DNA of 64,000 nt from Geopsychrobacteraceae bacterium (lineage in GTDB: Bacteria; Desulfobacterota; Desulfuromonadia; Desulfuromonadales; Geopsychrobacteraceae): contig OY759353.1 in NCBI GenBank assembly GCA_963662315.1, positions 2,656,001 to 2,720,000 on the forward strand, written 5' to 3'. Each line of letters starts with the position of its first letter. Position 1 is the stretch's first letter. The notes beneath the pieces were generated by a model. That model had not been told where the DNA came from. It saw only the letters and a list, made by a program, of their open reading frames with translations, and did not search any database. The translations under genes and the position numbers were made by a program. This document shows, in pieces, positions 17,431 through 27,668 of the stretch.

Positions 17431-19800
17431 TTACAGTCTCTTCAAGCGGATAGCCGGAATCACCAGTACGGCAGTCGGAACCGCTGCGGCAATCCCGAGT
17501 AAAACGGTGATACCGATAGAATTCATGGCCGGATGACGAGCGATAACCAGCGCTCCGAAACCGACCAGGGTCGTCAAGCCCGAAACCAGCACCGCACGGC
17601 TTGAAGCCAGATCCTCTACCTGACGACTGTGGCAGGTCATAAAAATACCGTAATCGACCCCCAGGCCGATAATCAGAATCGATGCCACGACATTAAACAA
17701 ATTCATCTCCAGGCCCAGCCAGGTCATCCCGCCAAACATGAACAGCAACCCGGATAAAACCGGCAGAATCGCCAGCAGCACATCAGACAGCTTCCGGAAC
17801 AACACGACCAATAACACCAGGACAACCAGCCCGGAAATACTGATAAACTGACTGAAATCAACAGCTATGGCATGGCTGAGCTGATGACCAAAACGGCTCT
17901 GCGATACCAGGGTCACCCCGGGGATCTGCTTTAATGCTTTATCCACCTGCGCAATCACTTCCGGTTGGTCGGGAATCAGTGTCAGTACCCGAGCACCATC
18001 AGTGTCCAACTGAACATAATTTTCGAGCAAAGGAGCCAATCCCCACGATGCTAAAGTGTCCAGCGTCAGCACCTGAGGTTCGTGCTGCAACCGCGCAAAA
18101 AATGGTGTAAACGCCTGGGAAGAAAAGCCATATTTCCTCCCGGCATCCTCGAGTAGGGTTTGCGCAAGCCCTTGTTCCTGGCTCCAGTAAGCCTGCCATT
18201 GCTCAGCATTTTGCCGCTGCGTCCGGGCCGATAACAATAACGGGGTCAGCCCGACACTGGCCTTGTCCAGGTGCTGATCTCTCAGAATCTGCCAGACCTG
18301 TTCACTGTGTTGTAATGCGGTTTCAAGATCCCGTGCGGCAGCAAAAATCATGGCTCGTCCACGCATGTTACCCCAGTGATCAGCCAACGCCTGTTCTGCC
18401 TGACTGAGCTCAGGAGGGACATAACTCAGCCGTTTTAACTCGCCGTTAATACTAAGATTCTGGGCCTGAATGGCACTAAAAGCCATAACTATCAGCCACC
18501 CGCCGAGGACCAACCAGCGTAATCTGGGACGACGCTCAAACAAATGGCGGCGAAAGCGCTGTGGCTGCCAACCGGTCGGCTCATTTTTACCGATAAAGTG
18601 CGGTAATACCAGCAACGCCAGAATCAGCGCGGCAACAATTCCGCCAACTGCGAATACTGCTAACTGCCGCTGTCCCGGTAATTCCGAGCGCAACAGAACG
18701 GCAAAAGCAACCAGAGTTGTCAAACCACCAAACAGAACCGGCCTGGATAGGGCAACCAACAGTTCCTTGCGCGACCCGCTGCCATGCCGCAAGGCAAAAT
18801 AGACGTGCAAACCGTAGTCGATGGTGATCCCCAGCAACACCGCGCCAAAGCCGATGGTAATGCCTGACAACGGCGTATAAAACAGTGCTGTGACCAGCAA
18901 ACCGACCACCATACTGACAAAGGGGAGCAGAAAAACAGCCAAAGCCTGCCAGCGGCGCAAAAAAATCACAAAAATCAGCAGCAAGCCTAGCCCTGACACC
19001 AACAGGACCCGGTTCATATCGGACTTGATGATCTGTGTATTTGCCAGCGTATAAGGGTGACCGCTTAACAGGGTCGCAGAAATCCCTTGGGGTAATCCCG
19101 CCCTGGCCAAGCGAAAACCATCAAGTAATTGTTTGCTGCCATCCGGATCGGTAATGACGATATCCGTATCCGCCAGAATCAACGTGCTCCGGCGATCCTC
19201 ACTTAAAAAACTGCCCTGCTCAATACGCACCCCGGGCAACGGGTTAATATACATCAGCTTCTGCAGCGCCAGTCCATTCAGCCCAAGCGGATCAGACTGG
19301 ATCTGCTGTTTCATTGCGATCCCCTGGGGTTGCATCAACATGGCCAGATTTTCAGCCATCTGCCGATCGACCTGCCCAGGGGTCAGCTTTTCTGCAACCA
19401 GCGCCAGATCTGACTCATCGGCCAATACCGGCAGGTAGACTGGCAGTTGCTGCAACAACTGAAAATTCTGGAGATTACCCGGCCCGCTCTGAACGTTTTT
19501 AAACAGTTCTTTGGGCAGCAGTAAACTCAAACGCTGGGTACCGCTGATCAGCTGTTTTTCACTGACACCATCTGCGGCCTGAAGCAAAATAACCAGCTTG
19601 CGTGCAAAAGGGGTTTTCTGCAGCAGGTCAAAATCACGTTTTACCTGCAGATTACCGTCAGGCAGCATGGCAACAATACTGTCTGCCACCGGGACTCTCG
19701 CCAGATATCCTGCGGCCGCCAGAACAATCAGTAAACAGCCCAATACCAGCCAACCACGCCGTGACTCAAGGGCCTGATAACAAACCGCGATAAATTTCAT
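17431..19800 (-). CDS. MMPL/RND-family lipid exporter
   Basis: Two repeats with GITIDYG and GLGVDYG, about 12 TM segments. Confidence 0.9.
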   Translation of the reverse strand: MKFIAVCYQALESRRGWLVLGCLLIVLAAAGYLARVPVADSIVAMLPDGNLQVKRDFDLLQKTPFARKLVILLQAADGVSEKQLISGTQRLSLLLPKELFKNVQSGPGNLQNFQLLQQLPVYLPVLADESDLALVAEKLTPGQVDRQMAENLAMLMQPQGIAMKQQIQSDPLGLNGLALQKLMYINPLPGVRIEQGSFLSEDRRSTLILADTDIVITDPDGSKQLLDGFRLARAGLPQGISATLLSGHPYTLANTQIIKSDMNRVLLVSGLGLLLIFVIFLRRWQALAVFLLPFVSMVVGLLVTALFYTPLSGITIGFGAVLLGITIDYGLHVYFALRHGSGSRKELLVALSRPVLFGGLTTLVAFAVLLRSELPGQRQLAVFAVGGIVAALILALLVLPHFIGKNEPTGWQPQRFRRHLFERRPRLRWLVLGGWLIVMAFSAIQAQNLSINGELKRLSYVPPELSQAEQALADHWGNMRGRAMIFAAARDLETALQHSEQVWQILRDQHLDKASVGLTPLLLSARTQRQNAEQWQAYWSQEQGLAQTLLEDAGRKYGFSSQAFTPFFARLQHEPQVLTLDTLASWGLAPLLENYVQLDTDGARVLTLIPDQPEVIAQVDKALKQIPGVTLVSQSRFGHQLSHAIAVDFSQFISISGLVVLVLLVVLFRKLSDVLLAILPVLSGLLFMFGGMTWLGLEMNLFNVVASILIIGLGVDYGIFMTCHSRQVEDLASSRAVLVSGLTTLVGFGALVIARHPAMNSIGITVLLGIAAAVPTAVLVIPAIRLKRL

Positions 19801-20438
19801 CAAAAGACCGGTGCGCTAAAAACAGCTTCGGGCAGTGTGCCGTTAATTACAACATTGATAAACTTGAGCACAGTGCTGTCGCCGCTTTGCTCAGCGAGAA
19901 CAACCTGCTCAACATAACTGCGATCCGTAGAGAAGGTGACCTCCAGATGGTTGATAAAGCCCGCTTCCCCCTGATCACGCGGTGTCAACTGCAGACTTAA
20001 GGGAACTTCACTTGTCAGTTCCATGCGGTAATGAGCGTCCAGCCAGTCAAGGTCAACCCTGGCCCAAGCCAGCAGTTGCTGGGCAACCATCCCCATAACC
20101 GGATCCCGATCAACGGAATAATTTTCGACCGTTTGACTCAGACTGTTCCAGCGTTCTCCCTGCTGCCCGCGCAAGACAAACCCGGACGCTATCGGAGTGA
20201 GCAGTTCCCAGCGCAAATTATCCGGTTTGCGATAAGCAAAGCGTCCTTTGGACACCAGCGTTTCAGACATTATCGACAGATTTTTTTCCTGGACAAAATC
20301 ACTGAGCAGGGTCTCGGTGTGACCGGCAGCAATCTTTATCTCGGCAAAAATATCATTCAGCTCTGCGGCCCAAAGGGGAGTAATCCACCCTCCACACAGG
20401 GTTATCAACAGAGTTATCCACAAAAATCGTTTAATCAT
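19800..20438 (-). CDS. LolA-like periplasmic carrier protein
   Basis: Signal peptide, FVQEK, SKGRFAYRKPDNLRWE. Confidence 0.85.
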   Translation of the reverse strand: MIKRFLWITLLITLCGGWITPLWAAELNDIFAEIKIAAGHTETLLSDFVQEKNLSIMSETLVSKGRFAYRKPDNLRWELLTPIASGFVLRGQQGERWNSLSQTVENYSVDRDPVMGMVAQQLLAWARVDLDWLDAHYRMELTSEVPLSLQLTPRDQGEAGFINHLEVTFSTDRSYVEQVVLAEQSGDSTVLKFINVVINGTLPEAVFSAPVF

Positions 20439-20476
20439 TATGTTTACGCTTTTCTTAATCTGCAAACTTTAAACTA

Positions 20477-20908
20477 TCAACCTTCCTGGACCCAGACCTT
20501 GATCTCCCCGGAGGCGAGCAACTCGCCTTCACACCAGACTTCCCCTTCCGCAACAGCAAAATCGTCCAGGATTGTTACCGTCCGGGTCTTGATCCGGAGC
20601 AATTTTCCGGCATTTACAGCGCCTGAGCATTCAATCTTCTTCACCCCGACCAGCAGCCCCCGCCGCACCCCCAAGCCAGCGAGCCGATCCGAATAACCGC
20701 GGAAGACAGCATACCCCTGGGCGATCAGTTCGACCAGAGCGACGGGATCAAGAAAGCCCTCGGAACTGACCAGAGGATGATCCCCGGCAATAACCGTCTC
20801 AACGACACCACTCGTCTCATCACAAGCGAGCAACTGCTCGACCAGCCGCATGGGCTGGCGATGAGGCACAAGTTGTGCGGCGTCCATGGGTAAAGACAGG
20901 GGGGACAT
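20477..20908 (-). CDS. Hotdog-fold dehydratase subunit
   Basis: LVPHRQPMRLVE, ELIAQ, GLLVGVK. Confidence 0.85.
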   Translation of the reverse strand: MSPLSLPMDAAQLVPHRQPMRLVEQLLACDETSGVVETVIAGDHPLVSSEGFLDPVALVELIAQGYAVFRGYSDRLAGLGVRRGLLVGVKKIECSGAVNAGKLLRIKTRTVTILDDFAVAEGEVWCEGELLASGEIKVWVQEG

Positions 20909-22500
20909 TACTCGCTCCAGTAAGAACTCAGATCATCAAAAATCTGGCTGGAAAACAGCAGTTTCCGGAACCGGACCAGATCCTCATGAAAAATCCGGCT
21001 GTTATCGTAAACGCTGAACTCCTGGTTGAGCAGTTCATAAATTTTTGCCGTACCACGGCCAAGGCGATCTGCGTGACCAAATGACAGGGCCTGCAGATCA
21101 GCAAGAATTTCAAGGGTAACAATGTGTTTGGCATTACTGACCGACTTGAACGCCTTGCGAGCCGCAACGGTTCCCATGCTGACAACATCCTGATTGGAAG
21201 CGTTACAGCTGATGGAGTTAGTGCTCACCGGGTTGGCCAGCTGGCGGTTTTCAGCCGTGGTTGAGGTGGCCAGATACTGAGCACCCATGAAGCCCATGGT
21301 CAGTCCCAGGGTTCCGGGGATCAGGAATTCAGGCAGTCCTTCATTCAGATTACGATCAAGGTATTTATTGGTCCGCCGTTCCGACAGCGTACACAGAGTC
21401 GCCAGCGCAACGCAGAGCATATCCATGGTAAAACCGATACTCTGCCCATGGAAATTCCCCCCGTGGATAATCTTCTTTTTCTCCGGAATAATGATCGGAT
21501 TATCGTTGGACGAATTGGCTTCCGTTTCAACCACCCGCACCGCTTCTTCAATCGCTTCAGCAACCGGCGCCAGGATCTGGGGCGTACAACGCACCGAATA
21601 GACATCCTGAACATTGATGGAGGTTTCAAACACCGGACCGTCGGCCGTCTTCTGCTGACGAATCAGGTCATGCATCTCCGAGCGCAGTGTGATATTGCCG
21701 GAGCCTTCATACAGTTTGCGGATGGTATCCGCGACCAGCAACTGTCCACGGTGGGGTTTGACCAGATGCAGATCTTCATCAAAGGCATCGTCGATACCAC
21801 CGAAGATCTCAATGGCAAAAGCCCCGGTCACGCAGCTGATGTTAAGCAGTTTCCTGGCACCGAAAATGGCGAAGGCAGCTAATGCCGTCATAGCGCTGGT
21901 GCCATTCATCAGCGCGATCCCTTCTTTGAATTTCAACGCCAGCGGGGATCGCCCCAACTGCTGGTAAACCTCACCGGCCGGTCGCAGTTCCCCTTGATAA
22001 TAAACCTGCCCTTCGCCAATCACCGCCAGGGCCAGATGCGCCAGATGGATCAGGTCACCAGAGGCTCCAACTGAACCACACTCCGGAATGTAGGCCGCAA
22101 CCCGCTCGTTGATCAGCCACTGCATATGCTCCAGAAGCTCAACCCGGACACCGCTGTAACCTTTGACCAAGGTATTCAGACGCACTGCCATTACCGCTAT
22201 GGCAATATAATCTTTGAGGGGATCTCCGAGTCCGGCCGCGTGACTGCGAATCAGGTTGACCTGCAGCTCTTCAATCTGCTCGTCATCGATAATTTTGTTG
22301 CACATCGGCCCGAAGGAGGTGTTGACCCCGTAAATAACCCGCTTGGCAGCAACTTCCTGCTCTAGGAAGGAACGGCTGTCCTGACAGCGTTTTACCGCTT
22401 CTGGATCAAGAGCAACCTGCTTATCACCAATACCGATAGCAACAATATCTGTGGCAGTCAGATCATAACCATTAAGAAAAACTGTGGGACGTGTATCCAT
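20908..22500 (-). CDS. MIO-dependent aromatic amino acid ammonia-lyase, probably tyrosine/phenylalanine type
   Basis: YGVNTSFG, GSVGASGDL (ASG), QDVYSVRC, GGNFHG, NQDVVSMG. Confidence 0.92.
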   Translation of the reverse strand: MDTRPTVFLNGYDLTATDIVAIGIGDKQVALDPEAVKRCQDSRSFLEQEVAAKRVIYGVNTSFGPMCNKIIDDEQIEELQVNLIRSHAAGLGDPLKDYIAIAVMAVRLNTLVKGYSGVRVELLEHMQWLINERVAAYIPECGSVGASGDLIHLAHLALAVIGEGQVYYQGELRPAGEVYQQLGRSPLALKFKEGIALMNGTSAMTALAAFAIFGARKLLNISCVTGAFAIEIFGGIDDAFDEDLHLVKPHRGQLLVADTIRKLYEGSGNITLRSEMHDLIRQQKTADGPVFETSINVQDVYSVRCTPQILAPVAEAIEEAVRVVETEANSSNDNPIIIPEKKKIIHGGNFHGQSIGFTMDMLCVALATLCTLSERRTNKYLDRNLNEGLPEFLIPGTLGLTMGFMGAQYLATSTTAENRQLANPVSTNSISCNASNQDVVSMGTVAARKAFKSVSNAKHIVTLEILADLQALSFGHADRLGRGTAKIYELLNQEFSVYDNSRIFHEDLVRFRKLLFSSQIFDDLSSYWSE

Positions 22501-22612
22501 TTTAGCTGCTTTCCTTTGCAAGGGCCAGAAGGCTGTCAGGCGTTATGAATCGGCAATATAGACCCATCATAATGTTTTGCGATAGATCCATGTAATGACC
22601 GACAGCCTCCTA

Positions 22613-23887
22613 TTAGCGATAATCAAAAAAAGTGACCGGTTTGCGTTTATCAGGCTGAATGATGCGGGCCTGAATTTCTTCCGGAGTAACCAGCACGACT
22701 TCCGGCTTGACGCGTGTCTTGGCGGCGATAACTGCAGCGACCTGCTCAGCGTTAAGATCACCACTGGAGCCAACGACGACTCTCAAACGATCAGACAAAT
22801 CAAATTCACGATAAACTTCCAGATAGTGCCCCTGCACCCCCGGCAAGGTCATCAGAGCGCTGCCAATCGCCGCAGGAAACAGAGTCGTCCCACGACACTT
22901 AAGCATATGAGCCCGACGGCCAAGGATCGGTCCGAGCCGCGGCGTATTACGCCCACAGGAGCAGGGTTCACTATGCAGTGTCGCAATATCACCGGTCCGA
23001 TAACGCAACAGCGGTGTCCCCTCTATGCCAAGGGGGGTGGCCACAACTTCGCCGGCTTCACCCACCGCGACAGCCTTCCCCTGCTCATCAACAATTTCAA
23101 TGACAATCAGCTCAGGCGGCAGGTGGCCACCGCGACCGGCAGAGCAGTCACAAAACGAGGTAGCCATTTCGGTACTGGCGTAGGTTCCGTAAATGCCCGC
23201 TCCCCAGCTGGCAGCCAATTTCTGTCCCAAGGGAGACAGGCTCAAATCTGCATTGCGCACCGGTTCACCGATACAGACAATTTTTTCAACGCCAAAGGAC
23301 AACAGGTTGTCGCCATGTTTTTCCAGCATGCGCCCTAGAGCGAGAAACAGACTGGGAACACCGACCAGAACATTGGGACGATAGCGCCGCACAAATTCAG
23401 CGACCAGCATCAGCTGACCAGAACCACTGCGAATGACCGTCGCGCCAATTTTACGCAAGCCCAGAAAATAGGCCAAACCGGCCATAAAGGCACGGTCCAG
23501 AGCGGCACCGATCATCACCCGATCGTGACGGGAAATACCGGCCAGACTAAAGGCCTGAAATTCATTGGTGGTCAAGCGCTGTAAATCTTTTTCCGTCTGC
23601 CAGAACGCAACCGGTTCACCTGTCGTTCCTGAAGTTTGGCACACATCGACGACCAGCTCCTCGGGGACAGCGAGAAACTGATCATTAGCCAGGGTCAAAT
23701 CCTGTTTGCTGGTCAGCGGCAAACACGCCAGATCGGAAAGACTCTGCAGATCTTCCGTGCCAAACCCGATTCCCGCCAACCTGGATTGATAAAATGGTGA
23801 TGCCTGCGCAATAAACGCAATATGTTCTTTAAGTAACTTGAACTGCGCAGCATTGATCGTTGTCAGTTCAGCATAGGGATCTATCAT
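22613..23887 (-). CDS. Phenylacetate-CoA ligase family aryl-CoA/ACP ligase
   Basis: TSGTTGEP, YASTE, RYRTGD. Confidence 0.9.
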   Translation of the reverse strand: MIDPYAELTTINAAQFKLLKEHIAFIAQASPFYQSRLAGIGFGTEDLQSLSDLACLPLTSKQDLTLANDQFLAVPEELVVDVCQTSGTTGEPVAFWQTEKDLQRLTTNEFQAFSLAGISRHDRVMIGAALDRAFMAGLAYFLGLRKIGATVIRSGSGQLMLVAEFVRRYRPNVLVGVPSLFLALGRMLEKHGDNLLSFGVEKIVCIGEPVRNADLSLSPLGQKLAASWGAGIYGTYASTEMATSFCDCSAGRGGHLPPELIVIEIVDEQGKAVAVGEAGEVVATPLGIEGTPLLRYRTGDIATLHSEPCSCGRNTPRLGPILGRRAHMLKCRGTTLFPAAIGSALMTLPGVQGHYLEVYREFDLSDRLRVVVGSSGDLNAEQVAAVIAAKTRVKPEVVLVTPEEIQARIIQPDKRKPVTFFDYR

Positions 23888-23891
23888 CACC

Positions 23892-24707
23892 TTAACCTTT
23901 TATAGTGCCGTCATCGGCACGCATCTCTTCAAGCGCTTCTGCCATGCGTTGTTTGACCAGTTTGCGCAGCTGTACATGGCCGCTGTCACCGGAAAAGGAC
24001 CTGCTATCCACGGCATCAAGAGCCCGCAAGGTCACCCGGCAGGGCCGTAACCCTTTGCGGCCTGGGGGTAACAGCTGATCAGTGCCCTGGATGCACAGGG
24101 GAATGACCGGCACTCCTGCATCAATGGCCACCTTGAAGCCGCCAGAATAAAAACGCTGTAATCGCCCATCGCGACTGCGATGTCCTTCGGGGAAAAACAG
24201 AACCGCCCCCCCCTGCTTAAAAGCCTTCTGACTGTCGCATGACACCTGATCCCAGCTGTTGCTTTCGACATCCAGATAGCGGGCCAACAGCATGAACTGG
24301 CGATACCAGAACATGCGAAACGGCCAGGATCGCACCGCAAAGGTAATATCATAGACGGGCAGCAAGGCCATGCAGTAGGTGTCGAAAAACGACAGGTGAT
24401 TAACGACAAACAGGCATGGTTTCCCGCGGGACAGATGCGTCATGTTTTCACGCCGAAACCGTACAAACGGTGACATCAGCAGCAACCAGCCACGTCCGTA
24501 AAGCCAGATGATCCAGCGCATGGTCCGGTCTGCCGGCATTTGCAGCCCAAAACAGCCAACCACATAGGCCACGGGAAACAGAACAATGCCGATGCAGGTC
24601 CAGACCACCATCAGGGGATAACACCAGAGATTCATCACTATTGTCAGTCCCGCCATCAGCGCCACCAGAACTCCTCTCTGACTACGGGCATTGCTCGCCA
24701 ATTCCAT
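23892..24707 (-). CDS. PlsC-like lysophospholipid acyltransferase
   Basis: NHLSFFD (HX4D), FFPEGHRS. Confidence 0.9.
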   Translation of the reverse strand: MELASNARSQRGVLVALMAGLTIVMNLWCYPLMVVWTCIGIVLFPVAYVVGCFGLQMPADRTMRWIIWLYGRGWLLLMSPFVRFRRENMTHLSRGKPCLFVVNHLSFFDTYCMALLPVYDITFAVRSWPFRMFWYRQFMLLARYLDVESNSWDQVSCDSQKAFKQGGAVLFFPEGHRSRDGRLQRFYSGGFKVAIDAGVPVIPLCIQGTDQLLPPGRKGLRPCRVTLRALDAVDSRSFSGDSGHVQLRKLVKQRMAEALEEMRADDGTIKG

Positions 24708-24718
24708 AACCGGTAGAA

Positions 24719-24982
24719 TCAGTTGTTCTGTTCTGCAATTTTATTCAGAACAAAGCTGTGGATATCCCCCAGGGTACGAATTGAACGCACCGATTCTTCT
24801 TCGCGAATCTTAAAATTGAAGGCCCCTTCAAGAACGATAACCATATCGACCGTATCAAGGCTATCGAGGCCAAGATCTTCATAAATATTGGCTTCCGGCG
24901 TCATATCTTCACGATCGAGTTCAAATTCCTCGGCGAGGCTCGAATCGATCAACTCAATTACTTCCTGTTCAGTCATTGTCAT
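24719..24982 (-). CDS. Acyl carrier protein
   Basis: DLGLDSLDTVD; AAGGAG RBS. Confidence 0.92.
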   Translation of the reverse strand: MTMTEQEVIELIDSSLAEEFELDREDMTPEANIYEDLGLDSLDTVDMVIVLEGAFNFKIREEESVRSIRTLGDIHSFVLNKIAEQNN

Positions 24983-26204
24983 AACTCCTTATGATGAGGG
25001 AGCAATTGATGCCTCCCATTGCAAAATTATTTTTCAGCACCAGGCGCGGTTTAAATTTCTGATTGCGATCCAGAATGGTAATTCCCCGACAGGCGTCATC
25101 AATATGGGCCAGGTTGCGGGTACCGACCACTTCCCCATTCTGCATCATGGCCAGCGTTGCAGCCAGCTCGATAGCGCCGCTGGCGGCCATGGTATGCCCC
25201 AGGTGCCCTTTTAAACTGCTGACCGGAACTTTATCACCAACCAGCCTCCTGATCGCTTCGGCCTCGGCCACATCCCCCTGGCGGGTTCCCGTTGCGTGAG
25301 CGTTAATATAGTCCAGCTCAGTCGCTTCAATCCCAGCATCGGCAATGGCCTGTTGCATGCACTCGTACATCGCTCCAACATCCGGATTGGCAATACTTGA
25401 CGTATCTGATGTTGTGGCAAACCCGACAATTTCGGCCAGAATCCGTGCTCCACGAGCCTGGGCCTGCTGCTTATTTTCGAGCAGCAGGATACCGCTCCCT
25501 TCACCGCAGACAATGCCATCGCGATCCTGGTCGAAGGGGCGCGGCGTGTCCTGCGGATGATCATTGTAACCGGTGGAAGCCGCATTCATGACATCAAATG
25601 TCCCGGTCGTCAACGGGTGCAATTCATCAGCGCCACCGCACAGCATAACATCCTGACGGCCGAAGGCGATCTGCTCATAGGCATAGCCGATGGCCTGGCA
25701 GCTGGTCGCACAGGCCGCAGAGGGAGCAAAAACCCGTCCGGTAATACCGAGGGACTGGGCAACATTAGCCGCGCAGGAGTGCCCCATAATCTGGAAAAAG
25801 AGGCCGGATTTCATGCGTTCCAAGCTGTAGTCACGAAAATAGTCAGCAAAAAAAGCCTCGGTTGTGGCGGTACTACCGAGAGTTGAGCCAATCATGACGC
25901 CGGTCCGCCCCGATGCCAGTTCGGCTTCGGGGAACCCCGCCATAGCCAAAGCCTGCTGACTGGCCAGATAGGCAAAAATAGACATGTTTGACATGGAACG
26001 CCGGATTTTACGTGGGATCAGCTTAGGATCAATATCGGCCACCTTGCATGCCAATTGAGAACGTAAGCCACCGACCTTGGTCAGTTCCTCAGCATAGCTC
26101 ACACCACTTTTACCCGCCAGCAGCGCAGCATACAAATCATCCATATGATGTCCGAGCGGGGTAACGACACCTGCTCCGGTAATAACCACAGAACCTAACG
26201 ACAT
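24969..26204 (-). CDS. Beta-ketoacyl-ACP synthase
   Basis: AACATS, NAHATGT, GHTMAASG. Confidence 0.92.
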   Translation of the reverse strand: MSLGSVVITGAGVVTPLGHHMDDLYAALLAGKSGVSYAEELTKVGGLRSQLACKVADIDPKLIPRKIRRSMSNMSIFAYLASQQALAMAGFPEAELASGRTGVMIGSTLGSTATTEAFFADYFRDYSLERMKSGLFFQIMGHSCAANVAQSLGITGRVFAPSAACATSCQAIGYAYEQIAFGRQDVMLCGGADELHPLTTGTFDVMNAASTGYNDHPQDTPRPFDQDRDGIVCGEGSGILLLENKQQAQARGARILAEIVGFATTSDTSSIANPDVGAMYECMQQAIADAGIEATELDYINAHATGTRQGDVAEAEAIRRLVGDKVPVSSLKGHLGHTMAASGAIELAATLAMMQNGEVVGTRNLAHIDDACRGITILDRNQKFKPRLVLKNNFAMGGINCSLIIRSYDND

Positions 26205-27661
26205 AGGCGTACCTCTTTCAGCAATAAATCATGACCGACCAGCGCACCAACAGTCAGATAGGCGGCGACAACGCCCCCGAGAAAGCCCGGCGCGGCCGTC
26301 CCCTGTCCCGACAGCCACAATCCGGGAATCCGGGTCTGAGCCTGAGGATTATACTGGCCAATATAATGGCCGGTTCCATAAATAGCCCCCTCTGGGGCCA
26401 CTGAATAATCGCGTAAAGTCAATGGCGTTGCCAGTGAAACAGCCTCCACACCGGTCAGTTCGGGGCAATGAAGCCTTATACTTTCAAGCAGCGCTGCGCT
26501 GACCCGTTGTTTATGCTCTGCATAGCCCGGGTTACGCCGATGGCCCGCAGCAAAGTGATCGACCTCGGAAAACGCTGCCGGAACAATCGCCACCAGCGAT
26601 CCTTCCCCTGGCGCAGTTTTGGTCAAGGTCAGATAGATACTTCGGGTCCCTAAGTCTTGTCCTCCTAAGGGCGTAAACAGACCGGGCTGCGGCTGCAGAA
26701 ACAGGTTGCGCCCGTTTAATAACTCACTGCCCCCCTTAACGGTAGCGAACAACAGATAGGCGGAGGACGTCTGTCTGAGATTAGCCAGCCGCTTGCGATA
26801 CACAGGTCTTACCGAACCTGACGGTAACAAGGCAGGAACCGTTGCCGGATTACAGGTGACAACAATCTCCTTCCCCGGTAACTGTTGTCCATCAGCTAAA
26901 GTCGCACCGGTCACGCCCCGGCTATCAACACCAACTGCAGTAACCGCCTGGCCACACAGTATTTCAACTCCGACACTCTCCAGCAAGCGCAACAAAGCAC
27001 TCACCAGGGCTCGTCCGCCCCCCCGAATTCCATGCACCGAATGATAATAGGACCCGGCGACCTGCATATTGAGCGCCACAGGTGCCTGTTCAGCAGGAAC
27101 CCCATACAGCAAACTGTGCATACTGAACAACGACTGCAGTTCTGGGCAACGCTCGAACTGGCGCAACTGATCAGCCAGGCTTTGCCCGTGCACCAGTGGA
27201 GCTGAAAAAGCCCCAAGCGGCACATCGGCAGCCAGATAGGGGAAATTGTTCCAGCCCTTCTCCAGCCCCTTCAGGTAAGCTGAAATTTCAGCGTCCAGCT
27301 GCGGAAAGCGCTGCCTGAGCACAGATTCAATTGCCCGGTAACCTACCGGCAGGGTCAGCGTTTCTCCGCTGTTCATGAAACGCACAGAGTCAAATCCGTC
27401 TGCGGCGTACGGAACCAGCTCTATTTCATTGGCCAGCCCAATATGGCGCAGCAGAGGAGCGAAACCGCCACCTTCACCCAGCCCCCCGGCATAGTGGAAC
27501 CCGGTATCAAAATAATGGCCGTTGCGTGAAAAACCACGCAACACCGGCGCGGGCACAGGATGTTGTTCGACCACAACCACCCGCCGTCCCTGGCGTGCCA
27601 ACAGTAGCGCGCAAGTCAGACCGGACAGTCCGGCGCCGATAACAATTGTGTCGTAATGCAT
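26195..27661 (-). CDS. Phytoene desaturase / retinol saturase-like FAD oxidoreductase
   Basis: MHYDTIVIGAGLSG, FDTGFHY, ATPLT...GAIYG. Start set at 27661. Confidence 0.85.
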   Translation of the reverse strand: MHYDTIVIGAGLSGLTCALLLARQGRRVVVVEQHPVPAPVLRGFSRNGHYFDTGFHYAGGLGEGGGFAPLLRHIGLANEIELVPYAADGFDSVRFMNSGETLTLPVGYRAIESVLRQRFPQLDAEISAYLKGLEKGWNNFPYLAADVPLGAFSAPLVHGQSLADQLRQFERCPELQSLFSMHSLLYGVPAEQAPVALNMQVAGSYYHSVHGIRGGGRALVSALLRLLESVGVEILCGQAVTAVGVDSRGVTGATLADGQQLPGKEIVVTCNPATVPALLPSGSVRPVYRKRLANLRQTSSAYLLFATVKGGSELLNGRNLFLQPQPGLFTPLGGQDLGTRSIYLTLTKTAPGEGSLVAIVPAAFSEVDHFAAGHRRNPGYAEHKQRVSAALLESIRLHCPELTGVEAVSLATPLTLRDYSVAPEGAIYGTGHYIGQYNPQAQTRIPGLWLSGQGTAAPGFLGGVVAAYLTVGALVGHDLLLKEVRLCR

Positions 27662-27668
27662 AAAGTTA

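Noticed and set aside
20908..22500. hutH (histidine utilisation)
   Set aside because: No other hut genes are present, the motif is NQDV rather than NQED, and the context is biosynthetic.
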